Below are positions 1-9,594 of a stretch of 64,000 nt of DNA, piece after piece; the first letter of the stretch is position 1, and each line of letters begins with the position of its first letter. A program made the translations under genes and the position numbers. Origin of the DNA: a virus. The stretch is from positions 1 to 64,000 of the IMG/VR virus record IMGVR_UViG_3300023440_000003. One strand, given 5' to 3'. The notes below the pieces were generated by a model. It saw only the letters and a list, made by a program, of their open reading frames with translations, was not told the DNA's origin and made no database searches.

Positions 1-141
1 TTATTTTTCAAATGTGAAAATTGCGGTAGTGAAGGTGTTATTAAACCATCTGATACAACAAAAGAACTTAAGCGCAATTGTGGTTATAGCGAATCGGAAC
101 CGTTAGGTGTTACTATACCAGAGTGTCCTAATTGTAGCTAA
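1..141 (+). CDS. 5'-truncated small Zn-ribbon protein
   Basis: Frame 1 reads LFFKCENCG...PECPNCS* with two CxxC pairs; not in the ORF track. Confidence 0.6.
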   Translation, partial: LFFKCENCGSEGVIKPSDTTKELKRNCGYSESEPLGVTIPECPNCS

Positions 142-161
142 AAAATAAAAATTTTGGAGGT

Positions 162-497
162 GTGATTTTGACACTCAAAGAACTTGCTGAAGCTATAACA
201 GAAGCAAATGAGAAGTATATAAAATCTGATGATCGTCTGGACAAAGTAGCTAAAGATATGGTGAGTTGTATTCACAAAAATAAGGAGTTGCCTTATGATT
301 TATCACTATTGGCTTCTGATTTATCTGATGAGCTTATGAGAGCAGCAGAATTGGCTCCTCTGCACCCAGGCTATTCTACTTATTCTAAAGCTGTAGAAAG
401 TATTATTAAAAGATTTTCAGAAAAATATCCAGACATTGATGCGGCTTCCTTAGCTCCGTTACTTTTGCTCATTTTGTTAACTCAGTTTAGGTCGTAA
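162..497 (+). CDS. hypothetical protein
   Basis: GGAGG SD before GTG; followed by terminator. Confidence 0.7.
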   Translation: MILTLKELAEAITEANEKYIKSDDRLDKVAKDMVSCIHKNKELPYDLSLLASDLSDELMRAAELAPLHPGYSTYSKAVESIIKRFSEKYPDIDAASLAPLLLLILLTQFRS

Positions 498-506
498 AAA
501 TATTTT

Positions 507-539
507 GAGGAGGTGCTTACAAAGCACCTCCTCTTTTTT
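507..539 (+). terminator. intrinsic terminator
   Basis: GAGGAGGTGCTT-aca-AAGCACCTCCTC 12-bp stem plus T-run, between convergent genes. Confidence 0.85.
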
Positions 540-888
540 AGTTTACTTTTAAATACATGTACTTAGTAAAACATTTTTTTGGGTTTTGATAAAACATGTA
601 ACATCCTGCGGCAGTTTTATAATTAATGCTGGCTTGGTATATTTTGTCTTTGGTTATTAGAATCATCATTAACTTTCTGAAGCCGCAATCCATTCTCATA
701 GATAAATTGATCACTTCTGAAAATATTTTTTTAGCTTCTTTTGCCTTAACATCTTTATAAATAATGATTTTTTTATCCATATTGTCATTTTTGATCACTA
801 CATTTTTGGCAGCTGTATGTTTTATTATCATAGGTGAAAGAAGCAAATTGCATTGTGTTATGAGAACCAATGCAAAAATTACTTTCAT
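538..888 (-). CDS. hypothetical protein with N-terminal hydrophobic/signal segment
   Basis: 116-aa ORF; GAGGAG SD; hydrophobic N-terminus. Confidence 0.6.
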   Translation of the reverse strand: MKVIFALVLITQCNLLLSPMIIKHTAAKNVVIKNDNMDKKIIIYKDVKAKEAKKIFSEVINLSMRMDCGFRKLMMILITKDKIYQASINYKTAAGCYMFYQNPKKCFTKYMYLKVN

Positions 889-970
889 GATGCTCCTCTT
901 GATTTCATGGGAATTTTATCAGTTAAGGATGTGTGAAGTTTTTTCAGTGTTTTGCTTCCATCTTTAACTT

Positions 971-1729
971 TCATTCCGGCCTCTTTATATTAATTTCGAT
1001 TTCATGCTCATAAGAATCAATGTTTTTAAGAAGTTCGTCTGGTACAGGCCTTTTAAGTTCTTTCTTTGAATTGACCACTTGAGAAGACACTGAATAAAAT
1101 TCATTTTTGTCAGGTAGCGGTAAAGAAAAAGTACTACAGAGTTCAATGAAATGGTCAAAAGATTTTAACTGGTCGATAGATGTTTCGAAAGTTTTTATAT
1201 TTCTGGCATTCAGAAAACTCTTATAGTAACTGCAACGGTAATCCATTTCTAAAGCATACCAGTAGCATAGTTGATAATCATTATAACGGTGCCAGTCAGG
1301 GAGCTTAAGAAAAACCGGATCATCAGGATATAAATAATATCTAAGACCTAAATCAGTTCTTCCCGGAATAGTATTCAATTGATAAAGACTCAAAGCTATA
1401 TATCTGGGATTTCTCCGTAAAATTATGCATCCAAATTCAACCCCAAGTATGTAAAGAGGTTCAAGAAAGCCCTTGCAGAATAAATGGCTTGTTTCTACAT
1501 AAACGTCGCAATTCTGTTTGCGTATAAAAGGAAGCTTTTTCTCCAACAAAAATTTTTTAGCTATATCAGGGTCTGTCTGAACCTGTCTCATTACAGTGAC
1601 AAAATCAGGGGCAGGCTCATGCAAAGAAAGCACCCCTGGAACCAGGCTCATCAACCTACACAAATATCCCGTACCAGTACGTCCTGCAGTAATAGAAAAA
1701 ATCATGTACTTATCTTTTTTGCCAGCCAT
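971..1729 (-). CDS. sulfotransferase-family protein
   Basis: PAPS-binding-like TAGRTGT, downstream HEP motif and ILRRNP..IALS segment. Confidence 0.7.
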   Translation of the reverse strand: MAGKKDKYMIFSITAGRTGTGYLCRLMSLVPGVLSLHEPAPDFVTVMRQVQTDPDIAKKFLLEKKLPFIRKQNCDVYVETSHLFCKGFLEPLYILGVEFGCIILRRNPRYIALSLYQLNTIPGRTDLGLRYYLYPDDPVFLKLPDWHRYNDYQLCYWYALEMDYRCSYYKSFLNARNIKTFETSIDQLKSFDHFIELCSTFSLPLPDKNEFYSVSSQVVNSKKELKRPVPDELLKNIDSYEHEIEINIKRPE

Positions 1730-2451
1730 GACGGTGCTATTACTCCATCTTCTCTGTGATGTTTGCAGTGCAGGTCACAAATCACAGCTGGATAAATACC
1801 TTTCTCACGCACAACACGCCAGAAGCGTAAATCCTCCGCTTCGTTGTTTTGTATAGACTGCATTTCAAACATGCCAGCATCGTGAATTTCCGGGACGTTC
1901 TTTAACAGCACACAGCCAAAGCCAGTGTAATATTTATCGCTGTGCAAAATACCTTTTTTCGGTAGATCCCGCACAAAATGTGCGACTGCTATTCCCTCAT
2001 ACCCAGGGGGTGGCTCCCACTGAAATACATACGGCACATTAAAGCATCGGTCTTCGTTGCTATAACACACGGCTGACACGGCTACTGCATCAACCGCAAG
2101 CATACGTTCAAGTGCATCTTCTGGTGGTTCAATGTCGCTGTCCACCATCCAGATGTAGTCCAGTTTATGCATGTTTGCCAGCATGAGTATGATTTGCCGG
2201 CTTACGGCAATGGAGGGGATTTTGCTTACAAAAGCATGTTCATTCCAGGATGACCAACAGAATAATTTTACTCCATCATAACCCCTATTTCTATATTTCT
2301 GCACAAGCATGTTATAACGCTGTGCGTCAAGTGAATTTGCAATGATATACACCATGTCCGGCTTGCGTGTTTGATGCAAAACCGCCTGTAAAGCAATATC
2401 GCGTGAATACCACTTGTCATCACAGAGTGGGATGAATGCGCCTACCTTCAT
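1702..2451 (-). CDS. GT-A fold (family 2-like) glycosyltransferase
   Basis: WMVDSD DxD motif, TGFGCVL, EDLRF, C-terminal CKH. Confidence 0.75.
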   Translation of the reverse strand: MKVGAFIPLCDDKWYSRDIALQAVLHQTRKPDMVYIIANSLDAQRYNMLVQKYRNRGYDGVKLFCWSSWNEHAFVSKIPSIAVSRQIILMLANMHKLDYIWMVDSDIEPPEDALERMLAVDAVAVSAVCYSNEDRCFNVPYVFQWEPPPGYEGIAVAHFVRDLPKKGILHSDKYYTGFGCVLLKNVPEIHDAGMFEMQSIQNNEAEDLRFWRVVREKGIYPAVICDLHCKHHREDGVIAPSWLAKKIST

Positions 2452-2843
2452 GTAGAAGCTTCTAATTGCAATTGAGATACTGTATTTGCTATTCTTTTTT
2501 CTGCGAAAGCAATGTATTCTTTGTTTAACTCAATACCTACCCAGTGTCGTTCTAGTCGCTTTGCCGCTACCGCTGTTGTGCCGCTTCCCATGAAGGGGTC
2601 AAGTACTATGTTGCCATGTGGGCAACCAGCTTTAATCATCTTGTTTTGCATAATATCAGTGGTGTTGCCATATCGAAAGTCTACCATATTTAATTGGCAT
2701 GTGGCATCTGGATGGAATTTTTTGAAGTAATCTTCTGCTATATCTTTTATAGTATGGGGGCTGGAAAGAATTTTTAGCACACTTTCTGGATCGTCAGTTC
2801 CAAAGTATATAGCATCATTTTCTATTCTGTATTGTAAATCCAC
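2448..2843 (-). pseudogene. truncated/chimeric N4/N6 DNA methyltransferase (SAM-binding half only)
   Basis: IVLDPFMGSGTTAVAAKRLERHWVGIELN present; no DPPY/SPPY catalytic motif in 131 aa. Confidence 0.6.
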
Positions 2844-2872
2844 GTTGAATAATTATACTAAAAAATTATTGT

Positions 2873-2905
2873 AGAAAGAAAGGCAGTGCCTTAGAGGCAC
2901 TGCCT
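2873..2905 (-). terminator. intrinsic terminator of the MoxR-VWA operon
   Basis: AGGCAGTGCC/GGCACTGCCT hairpin at 2881-2905 with A-rich left flank. Confidence 0.65.
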
Positions 2906-2923
2906 GGTTTAGTTGTGATTACT

Positions 2924-3886
2924 TTACACCCTCAATTTTTTCGCGGTATTGATAAAGGATTTTATATCTACAATATTTGGATATAATTTACCTTTGAAGT
3001 CTGAAATAGATATATTTCCTCCCTGATACCATGGATGTTCATAAGCTTCTTTGAATCGTGTTTCAGAGGAAAACCAGTATATGGTGTTAATATGGCTATG
3101 TGGTATCAACGCATGTAATGCATCAAAATCGGTAAATATTATGATATGGCGTCCTCTCCATGGCCAGTTGCTACCAAACGATACTGATTCCATTTTGTTA
3201 CGTTTTATTTTTGTAGTAATGTATCCATTCGGTGCTGTATATAGTTCAATACCCCCGTGTTTTAGCGCCAGTTCTATCACCGTTGTATACAGCATAGCTT
3301 GTTCCACACACGAGCCACTTGTATCCAGCAGGATTATTATATTTTCTTTTTCTCTGGACGATGTGCATTTAGATAATGGTTTGTGATCTAATCTTCGTTG
3401 AAGTATTTTTTCCATATCATATTCATCATCTCCTTCTATTTTGTATCCACTTAGATCTTCGGCAAGTTTGTATATGATTCTGTCAAAAATATTTTGATAT
3501 CTCCTTATCTGGTAATAAGGTAGTCGTTCTTTTATATCTATTATTTCCAGTTTGTTTACACGATATTGTTTACTCAAAGCAGTCACATGCGTTACATGAT
3601 CATCTTGTTTCAGTTTTTGTGAAGAGTCTGTATGTTCTTCAGTTTTTTCAGTTTCATTATTTTTTGCCTTATTGTTTGTTGGTGCGTGATTTTGTTCTGC
3701 ATTTTCTTCGTTGTGCTTATTATTGGATGATGCAGTGCCTTGGTTATTGTTATTATTTGTTTCTGTTTGTAAATGACACTGGTCATGGCATGGCATTCCT
3801 ACACTAATATTCTGATTGTTATTCGCGTTATTACTGGATCCTTGTCCTTGATTATTTTCTATTTCCCATTTTCTTACAAATTTCAT
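2924..3886 (-). CDS. VWA (MIDAS) domain protein with N/Q-rich N-terminus
   Basis: ILLDTSGS MIDAS motif, IIFTD; overlaps the AAA ATPase stop. Confidence 0.75.
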   Translation of the reverse strand: MKFVRKWEIENNQGQGSSNNANNNQNISVGMPCHDQCHLQTETNNNNNQGTASSNNKHNEENAEQNHAPTNNKAKNNETEKTEEHTDSSQKLKQDDHVTHVTALSKQYRVNKLEIIDIKERLPYYQIRRYQNIFDRIIYKLAEDLSGYKIEGDDEYDMEKILQRRLDHKPLSKCTSSREKENIIILLDTSGSCVEQAMLYTTVIELALKHGGIELYTAPNGYITTKIKRNKMESVSFGSNWPWRGRHIIIFTDFDALHALIPHSHINTIYWFSSETRFKEAYEHPWYQGGNISISDFKGKLYPNIVDIKSFINTAKKLRV

Positions 3887-5265
3887 ATCAGTATGTTTGC
3901 TATAAATGATCTTGTTATGTAAAGGCTATGTTTATCTACCATGCTGATTATTTCTATTTTGTTTGGTGTGACGCGTGCTTTGTAATTATACATTTTCTCA
4001 TCTGGAGGATATTTGAGTATTATTTCATTTTTTGAGAATTTGACTATATAAACATCTGGGTTGTTTTTAAGTTTCTCCATAACGTCGTTCATCTTTATAT
4101 TTGCTTCAAATACCAATTTACCCATGGGGATATCCATTTTACTTAATTTATTGAAAATGTCATCATCTAACAACGCTTTTGCGGGAAGTGGTTGTTTCAG
4201 GACTATGTATGGTCCTTCTATATATGCTATATCTGCAAGAGTATAAGGATCTTCATTAGGCTGAAATTTTATTCTGGCCATCATATCGTAAGCACGTTCG
4301 GAGTACACTATAAATCCACCGGTATTTTCAAAGTATTCCACATCCATTTCTTTACCTTTTTCATAATCGATCTGCAATTCTTCTATCTTTCTAGGTTCTA
4401 ATTCTTTAGCTATCTGCCCAAATTTATTGATCTGATTAAAGTCTGCTTTCATTAATGGTTCTTCCAGATTAATGTTTATATTGTCCGCATTGTTAAGTAC
4501 TTGTTGAAGCAGCATATGATTTTCCATGTTTTTAGTTATAAATTGATACACCAGACTTCCAAAATCCACATGTCCATTGGTCACTTCAATAGCATCTAGC
4601 ATCTGTCTTAACTCTTGAATGGTTGCTGGTTTTGGTAGGTTTGCTGCAAGAGTCGCTACATAAAGCCCTACTGCTGTATCTATGTAAGGATTGTTTTTGT
4701 GACTAAATTCTAGTGCTTTTCTAACTATTTCAGGATGAGGATTCTGCAGTCGAAGTATTGGCATCCTCCTAAGCAGAGGTTCACTGAGCTCTCTTTCGTA
4801 ATTAAGTGTGAAGAATATTATGAGATTTTTGAAGTTTGCTACTGCTTTTTTACCTGCAAAATTTATTCTTCCAGTCTGTAGGAAGTCAAGCATAAAACTA
4901 TCAGCACTTGGTCTGGTTTTATCCCATTCATCCAGCAATAATATTACTTTGTGCTCGTGGCTTCTTTTTACTGCTTCCATTACAGGACCATCAGCTAGAG
5001 TTACTCCAGATTTGGTTTTTTCCGATGGTAAGAGTTTCATGATAAGATCATCTTCTCGTGTGCCAGGGAAGCACTGAAATACTATGAAGTCATATCCCAT
5101 CACTTCGGCAAGATACTGTACGAGCATTGATTTACCACTTCCTGGTGGACCTTCAATAAATGCTCCTTTTACGGGTTTATTATTCAGGACTGCCTTAATT
5201 TGATATTCTAACTGTGGTGTTATAAAATATCCGCGATTTTCCAGCTCCTGCTTCAAATTTTCCAT
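3883..5265 (-). CDS. MoxR-like AAA+ ATPase
   Basis: Walker A GPPGSGKS, Walker B LLLDEWDK, ELSEPLLRR arginine finger. Confidence 0.85.
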   Translation of the reverse strand: MENLKQELENRGYFITPQLEYQIKAVLNNKPVKGAFIEGPPGSGKSMLVQYLAEVMGYDFIVFQCFPGTREDDLIMKLLPSEKTKSGVTLADGPVMEAVKRSHEHKVILLLDEWDKTRPSADSFMLDFLQTGRINFAGKKAVANFKNLIIFFTLNYERELSEPLLRRMPILRLQNPHPEIVRKALEFSHKNNPYIDTAVGLYVATLAANLPKPATIQELRQMLDAIEVTNGHVDFGSLVYQFITKNMENHMLLQQVLNNADNININLEEPLMKADFNQINKFGQIAKELEPRKIEELQIDYEKGKEMDVEYFENTGGFIVYSERAYDMMARIKFQPNEDPYTLADIAYIEGPYIVLKQPLPAKALLDDDIFNKLSKMDIPMGKLVFEANIKMNDVMEKLKNNPDVYIVKFSKNEIILKYPPDEKMYNYKARVTPNKIEIISMVDKHSLYITRSFIANILI

Positions 5266-5287
5266 TCGTGCCTCCTGAGAATTTTTT

Positions 5288-5578
5288 TTAAATTATTCTT
5301 TTGTAGATTTCGGTTAATACCTTAGCAAGTTGTTCATGGTTTGCTTTTATATTGTCTTTAAACTTCAAATATTTATCTAAATCTTGTTGGTTTTCTATAA
5401 GGTTTTCTACTTTATCTTCTGACGGAAATATAGCTATCCGTATTTTATCAGCGAATTGTATTACCACTTTTGCTCCTACTTCCTGTGCTTCTTCTTGTAA
5501 CTTTTTAAGAGTATCATCCATATGAGCTATATCCTCTAGTTTCACAGTAATAGATTGATCTTTTTCCATGGGTGACAC
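5288..5578 (-). CDS. hypothetical protein
   Basis: 96-aa ORF; GGAGGTG SD suggests start at the second Met. Confidence 0.6.
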   Translation of the reverse strand: MSPMEKDQSITVKLEDIAHMDDTLKKLQEEAQEVGAKVVIQFADKIRIAIFPSEDKVENLIENQQDLDKYLKFKDNIKANHEQLAKVLTEIYKRII

Positions 5579-5618
5579 CTCCTTTTCTGAATTTAAATTC
5601 TTTTAACAATAAAAATTA

Positions 5619-5651
5619 AAAACCTCCACCAGCACTTAGGCCGGTGGAGGT
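5619..5651 (-). terminator. possible intrinsic terminator
   Basis: ACCTCCACC...GGTGGAGGT stem preceded by A-run. Confidence 0.5.
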
Positions 5652-5797
5652 GGGAGTGAGGGATTAGGACAGGAGGCGGCCTTATGTTCTTTTAGTCATT
5701 TTATTCAGAATATTCCATTCTCTTTTAGTAAAAACAACATCACTTGAAAATTTGTTTTTCTTTGCTAATGTGGTGGCTTCGTTTCTAGAAGCGGCCT

Positions 5798-6532
5798 TTA
5801 CTTTAAGGACCTGTTGCTTTTTAAAATTGACACAATAATAGATTGTTCTCGGCATTCTTTCACCTCCTGTTGTGATTTTCTTATGATGTAGTGAGGATGT
5901 TTTTGTAAATTGGTAGTTATGTGTATCCTTGGTATGAAAAATTGCTGTTTTATATTTAGTACTTTGAGTATGCTTTTTTCTTTTATAGCTCTGTAGGAGT
6001 GGGTAAAAGAAATATTTTTCACTATTAATGATTCTGGCAGTATATGTATTAATTTTCCTCCAATTGCTAGTTTTAGGTTGTAGTCTTTTTTGATTTTTTC
6101 TAGTTCCTCCACTATATCTGGCAAATTTTTCATAGCTTCGGCTTCATATATAAAATCTAATTTACCTGCTAGTCTCAAAATACGTGCTCCTACATATTTT
6201 GGTTCTCTTATAACCGTATTATTGAGCTTTTGTTTTAGTTCTTCTGGAGAATCTGTATTTATTGATAATATAGTTATCTGACCCACTGCAAATATTTCAG
6301 ATTCTTCTTCATCATATTCTGCAAATAGAACGAAGTCGCCAAAGTGCATATACTTACTGGCTAAAAAATTAATACCTCTATTGAATCCTAGTTTTTCAGC
6401 TTCCTCTAAAAATGAAGTTTTAGTGTAGTAAGGAAAATAGCATCTGGACTTAGGTCTGGCTTTACGTATAAAGTGTATCCAGCAGGTTGGCTCCACTGGA
6501 GCTAAAAAATTTTCTATTGTCATTTTTATCAT
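5798..6532 (-). CDS. hypothetical protein
   Basis: 244-aa ORF in the minus-strand cluster. Confidence 0.65.
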   Translation of the reverse strand: MIKMTIENFLAPVEPTCWIHFIRKARPKSRCYFPYYTKTSFLEEAEKLGFNRGINFLASKYMHFGDFVLFAEYDEEESEIFAVGQITILSINTDSPEELKQKLNNTVIREPKYVGARILRLAGKLDFIYEAEAMKNLPDIVEELEKIKKDYNLKLAIGGKLIHILPESLIVKNISFTHSYRAIKEKSILKVLNIKQQFFIPRIHITTNLQKHPHYIIRKSQQEVKECREQSIIVSILKSNRSLK

Positions 6533-6544
6533 TTTCTAAATTTG

Positions 6545-6652
6545 TTACTCTTCTTCTTTATTCTTTTCTCTCATATTCTGTGCCGCTGTTATAACAGTGG
6601 CACTGATAGCCACCGCAATTGCGGTGGCTATTAAAATTTTCAATCCTTTCAT
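6545..6652 (-). CDS. 35-aa single-pass membrane peptide
   Basis: MKGLKILIATAIAVAISATVITAAQNMREKNKEEE*; GGAGGTG SD; own promoter; below the track cutoff. Confidence 0.65.
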   Translation of the reverse strand: MKGLKILIATAIAVAISATVITAAQNMREKNKEEE

Positions 6653-6680
6653 CGCATCACCTCCTTCAAGAGTTTATTAC

Positions 6681-6709
6681 CTTATACCATAATTTTACAT
6701 TCAAGTCAA
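6681..6709 (-). promoter_or_regulatory. sigma70-type promoter
   Basis: TTGACT-17 nt-TATAAG with extended TG on the minus strand. Confidence 0.65.
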
Positions 6710-6762
6710 ATAAATACCTAACTTTGCTTCTTTACCATTTCTTATGGTAATATTTAGCTTAG

Positions 6763-7218
6763 ATGAAGATGTTTAAGATCATAAAATTTAATGAGTCCTT
6801 TACTTCTCCGTCTCTTACCATGTTTCGAGCTAATTTTTATGGTTTGCGACGATTGTGTGGTTTCTTTCGAGCCGTCATTGCTTATGCGTCTCTTATATGG
6901 TTTGGTTATTCTGGTATTACTTTTTATCCTTACATTATTATCAAGGCAGAAGATGATTCTGGAGCTGTTAGATGTCATGAAAGTGTCCATTTAATTCAGC
7001 AAGCATTATTAGGGCGCAAGTTTTATTTATATTATATAGGCTATTACTTAAGAAATTTATTTAAGTATTTTAATCATGCTACAGCGTATCGAAAAATTCC
7101 TTACGAAGTAGAGGCCTATAAACTTCAATATGACAGGTTAGGTCTGCTGGATTTTTATAATCGTCATGGCATCATGGATTCTTTTAATTTTTATCAAATG
7201 TTGATTAATCCTCGATAA
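6763..7218 (+). CDS. HExxH zincin-like metalloprotein
   Basis: HESVHLIQQ ... PYEVEAY. Confidence 0.6.
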   Translation: MKMFKIIKFNESFTSPSLTMFRANFYGLRRLCGFFRAVIAYASLIWFGYSGITFYPYIIIKAEDDSGAVRCHESVHLIQQALLGRKFYLYYIGYYLRNLFKYFNHATAYRKIPYEVEAYKLQYDRLGLLDFYNRHGIMDSFNFYQMLINPR

Positions 7219-7468
7219 TTATTCTGCACTCTTCTAGTATGTAATGACCTTCTAATTTCTTTTTTACCTCTTCAACTATTTCTTTAAATTCATCATCAGA
7301 AAGTTTTTGTTCATAGCCATCTTCGTATCCTATAGCATAGCCATTTTGCCGTGCAGTATTTTCACATTTCGGACATGGTTGTACGTATAGAATATAATTT
7401 CTGAAGCTGACTTGCAGTTTTGTTTTGCATCGCATACAAACCACACGTTTTATGATTCTGCCTGACAT
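7205..7468 (-). CDS. small Zn-finger protein
   Basis: CMRC...CPKC, GYAIGYEDGY. Confidence 0.6.
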   Translation of the reverse strand: MSGRIIKRVVCMRCKTKLQVSFRNYILYVQPCPKCENTARQNGYAIGYEDGYEQKLSDDEFKEIVEEVKKKLEGHYILEECRIIIED

Positions 7469-7524
7469 TTGATTTTATTTTATTATCATTAGCTAAATTA
7501 TTGAAACAATGTTATAATTTAGTC

Positions 7525-7902
7525 ATGATGCGTTCTGACAGTTTAGTTACATATGTTCCTGAATTCAGTATCCCTCCTTCTATCCATTTAGGGGCTTCAT
7601 TGTTAGGAGCATTAGGTCTTGGATCTATACCCGTTGCAGTTAAAGTTTTGCCTGTTGGGGAAAAAATTCCATGGCCTATTATAGGACTAGCATCTTTGCT
7701 CTTGGGTTACACTGGTGCCACAAGGTTCTCATCGTTAATCGAACAGGCCATAATGGGAAAAATGCAGAGAGATCAGGTTAATAAATTGATCCTTCAAAAA
7801 TATCTTGCGGAGCAAAATCAGATGATTCCAATGCTTCCACCAATGCAGTTGCTTCCTTATTCTGCTTTATATCAGGCTTACGCTAATTTGCCGGTGCTAT
7901 GA
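7525..7902 (+). CDS. glycine-zipper membrane protein
   Basis: Two Gly-rich hydrophobic segments; ATG 6 nt after TGTTATAAT. Confidence 0.6.
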   Translation: MMRSDSLVTYVPEFSIPPSIHLGASLLGALGLGSIPVAVKVLPVGEKIPWPIIGLASLLLGYTGATRFSSLIEQAIMGKMQRDQVNKLILQKYLAEQNQMIPMLPPMQLLPYSALYQAYANLPVL

Positions 7903-8132
7903 TGTATAGAAATCTGACCACAGCTATATTTAAGTTAGCTCAATTAGCCAAACAGAGAAACCAATTCAAACTTATGGAACAAACTAAAAAATCTGTAGAG
8001 CAACAATCTAAACAAATCAGTAAAGATACCAAACAGGCCATCAAAGAATTTAAACAACAACAAGGTCTAAAATCTGAATTTTCTGCAATTAATTTCGGTA
8101 CTAAACGTAAAAATACTAAAATAAAGTTATAG
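7899..8132 (+). CDS. small basic KxA-motif protein (putative head protein)
   Basis: N-terminal IFKLA; K/Q-rich. Confidence 0.6.
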   Translation: MMYRNLTTAIFKLAQLAKQRNQFKLMEQTKKSVEQQSKQISKDTKQAIKEFKQQQGLKSEFSAINFGTKRKNTKIKL

Positions 8133-8153
8133 AAAAACTAAAGGAGGTTGCTT

Positions 8154-9095
8154 ATGTGGAATTTATTTTTAGAGCCATTATTACTTAAAGATGCGATAGC
8201 AGTATCTGTTATGAGAGAGTTATCCCCTTATGAACGCAAAGCTGCATATGCAGCAGAGCAAGTGGCAAAGTTTTTAAGAAGTCTTGCTATTGGGGCTCCT
8301 GCTGCAGCTGCTGGATCTGCTGCATCAGCCGCATCTACCGAAGCTGTCAGGCAATCGAATCTTTTAAGACGTGCTCTTAAATCTAAAAAAGGTCTTGGTA
8401 TAGGTCTGGGTATAGGTGCAGCAGCTTTAGGCCTTACAGGCATAAAATATTTTGGACAACCACGACAAAAATCTATAAAAGGAGGTGTGACAATGTATCC
8501 AGATTTAATGAAAGAGGCTATGAGGGGTTTTAATTTAAGACGTTTATTTACTCCCAGAGCTAAACTTGAAGCCGCTAAGGCCGTAGAGGATTTTCTGAGA
8601 TCTGCTTATGAAAGTCATATAGCACAACAGTTAAGAAGACTGAACAGACGTAATATGGCTATTGGTGCAGGAGTTGGTTTTGCAACTGGTTTAGGTTTAT
8701 ACAAGCTGCTAGGTGATAGATTAACTGGTATGGAAAAAGCTGCTGCTTTAGATATGCTTCCGGTAGATCCGTGGGTAGAAGCTTTATTAGAAGAAGAATT
8801 AATTAAAGAAGCTATGGCTGAAGCTATTGAAGATCAAATTCTTGAGGATTTGATCATGCAGGATCTTATAGAGCAGGAGATTTTTGAAGATATTTTGGCT
8901 AATGAACTTATAAAAGAAGCTTTTATACCTGCAAAGATTTTAGCAGCTGAACAATTTATGAGGCCTATTTCAAGAATTGCTGAGTTTGCTAAAGCTAATA
9001 AACGTATGTTAGCAGCTGCAGGTGCAGGTTTGGCCGGAGGTGGTCTTACTGGTTATCTTATGGGTAGGAGGAAAAGACGTAGACAGGGATTTTGA
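8154..9095 (+). CDS. multi-unit KxA/glycine-zipper protein (putative virion internal protein)
   Basis: SD AAGGAGG; LLKDA, LMKEA, MEKAA, LIKEA x2; three Gly-zipper helices followed by basic tails; internal SD+ATG at 8493. Confidence 0.7.
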   Translation: MWNLFLEPLLLKDAIAVSVMRELSPYERKAAYAAEQVAKFLRSLAIGAPAAAAGSAASAASTEAVRQSNLLRRALKSKKGLGIGLGIGAAALGLTGIKYFGQPRQKSIKGGVTMYPDLMKEAMRGFNLRRLFTPRAKLEAAKAVEDFLRSAYESHIAQQLRRLNRRNMAIGAGVGFATGLGLYKLLGDRLTGMEKAAALDMLPVDPWVEALLEEELIKEAMAEAIEDQILEDLIMQDLIEQEIFEDILANELIKEAFIPAKILAAEQFMRPISRIAEFAKANKRMLAAAGAGLAGGGLTGYLMGRRKRRRQGF

Positions 9096-9476
9096 ATGGA
9101 AGGAATGGTAGAAAAACTAATATATTTGCTTATTGGAACAGCTATTGGACTATTGAGTCAAATTATTTCCTGGCTTCTACGTAGAGCTACTGACAAAAGC
9201 ACTCAGTCTGAAGTGCAGGTCAAACTTTTGGATCAGCAAGTTAATGGAATACTAGAACGTCTAGATGAATATGATGATATGCTTGATGCGGTACGTTCTG
9301 ATCTGGATAAGTTATCTGGAGCAAGTGATGAGTATACAAATTCTCAAAAAGTAATAATTGCCAGTCTAGAGATGGCTCAAAAACAAATGACGGAGGTGGT
9401 GAGGCTATGGACAAGCACACTGACATCATTAATGTCGATTTCTTTGATGAGGCCGAGAAGAAAATCGAAGAGATGA
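9096..9476 (+). CDS. N-terminal TM plus coiled-coil protein (holin/lysis-associated candidate)
   Basis: LIYLLIGTAIGLLSQIISWLL followed by a heptad region. Confidence 0.45.
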   Translation: MEGMVEKLIYLLIGTAIGLLSQIISWLLRRATDKSTQSEVQVKLLDQQVNGILERLDEYDDMLDAVRSDLDKLSGASDEYTNSQKVIIASLEMAQKQMTEVVRLWTSTLTSLMSISLMRPRRKSKR

Positions 9477-9594
9477 TTATTAAAGTTAATGGTAATGAGC
9501 TTCTGAAACGATATCTTGAAGCTGTAAAGGAATTCACTGAAGCTAACCGAGCTTTTGTCCAGGTGGCGCATAGTTTTATTGATCGTATGAAAGA

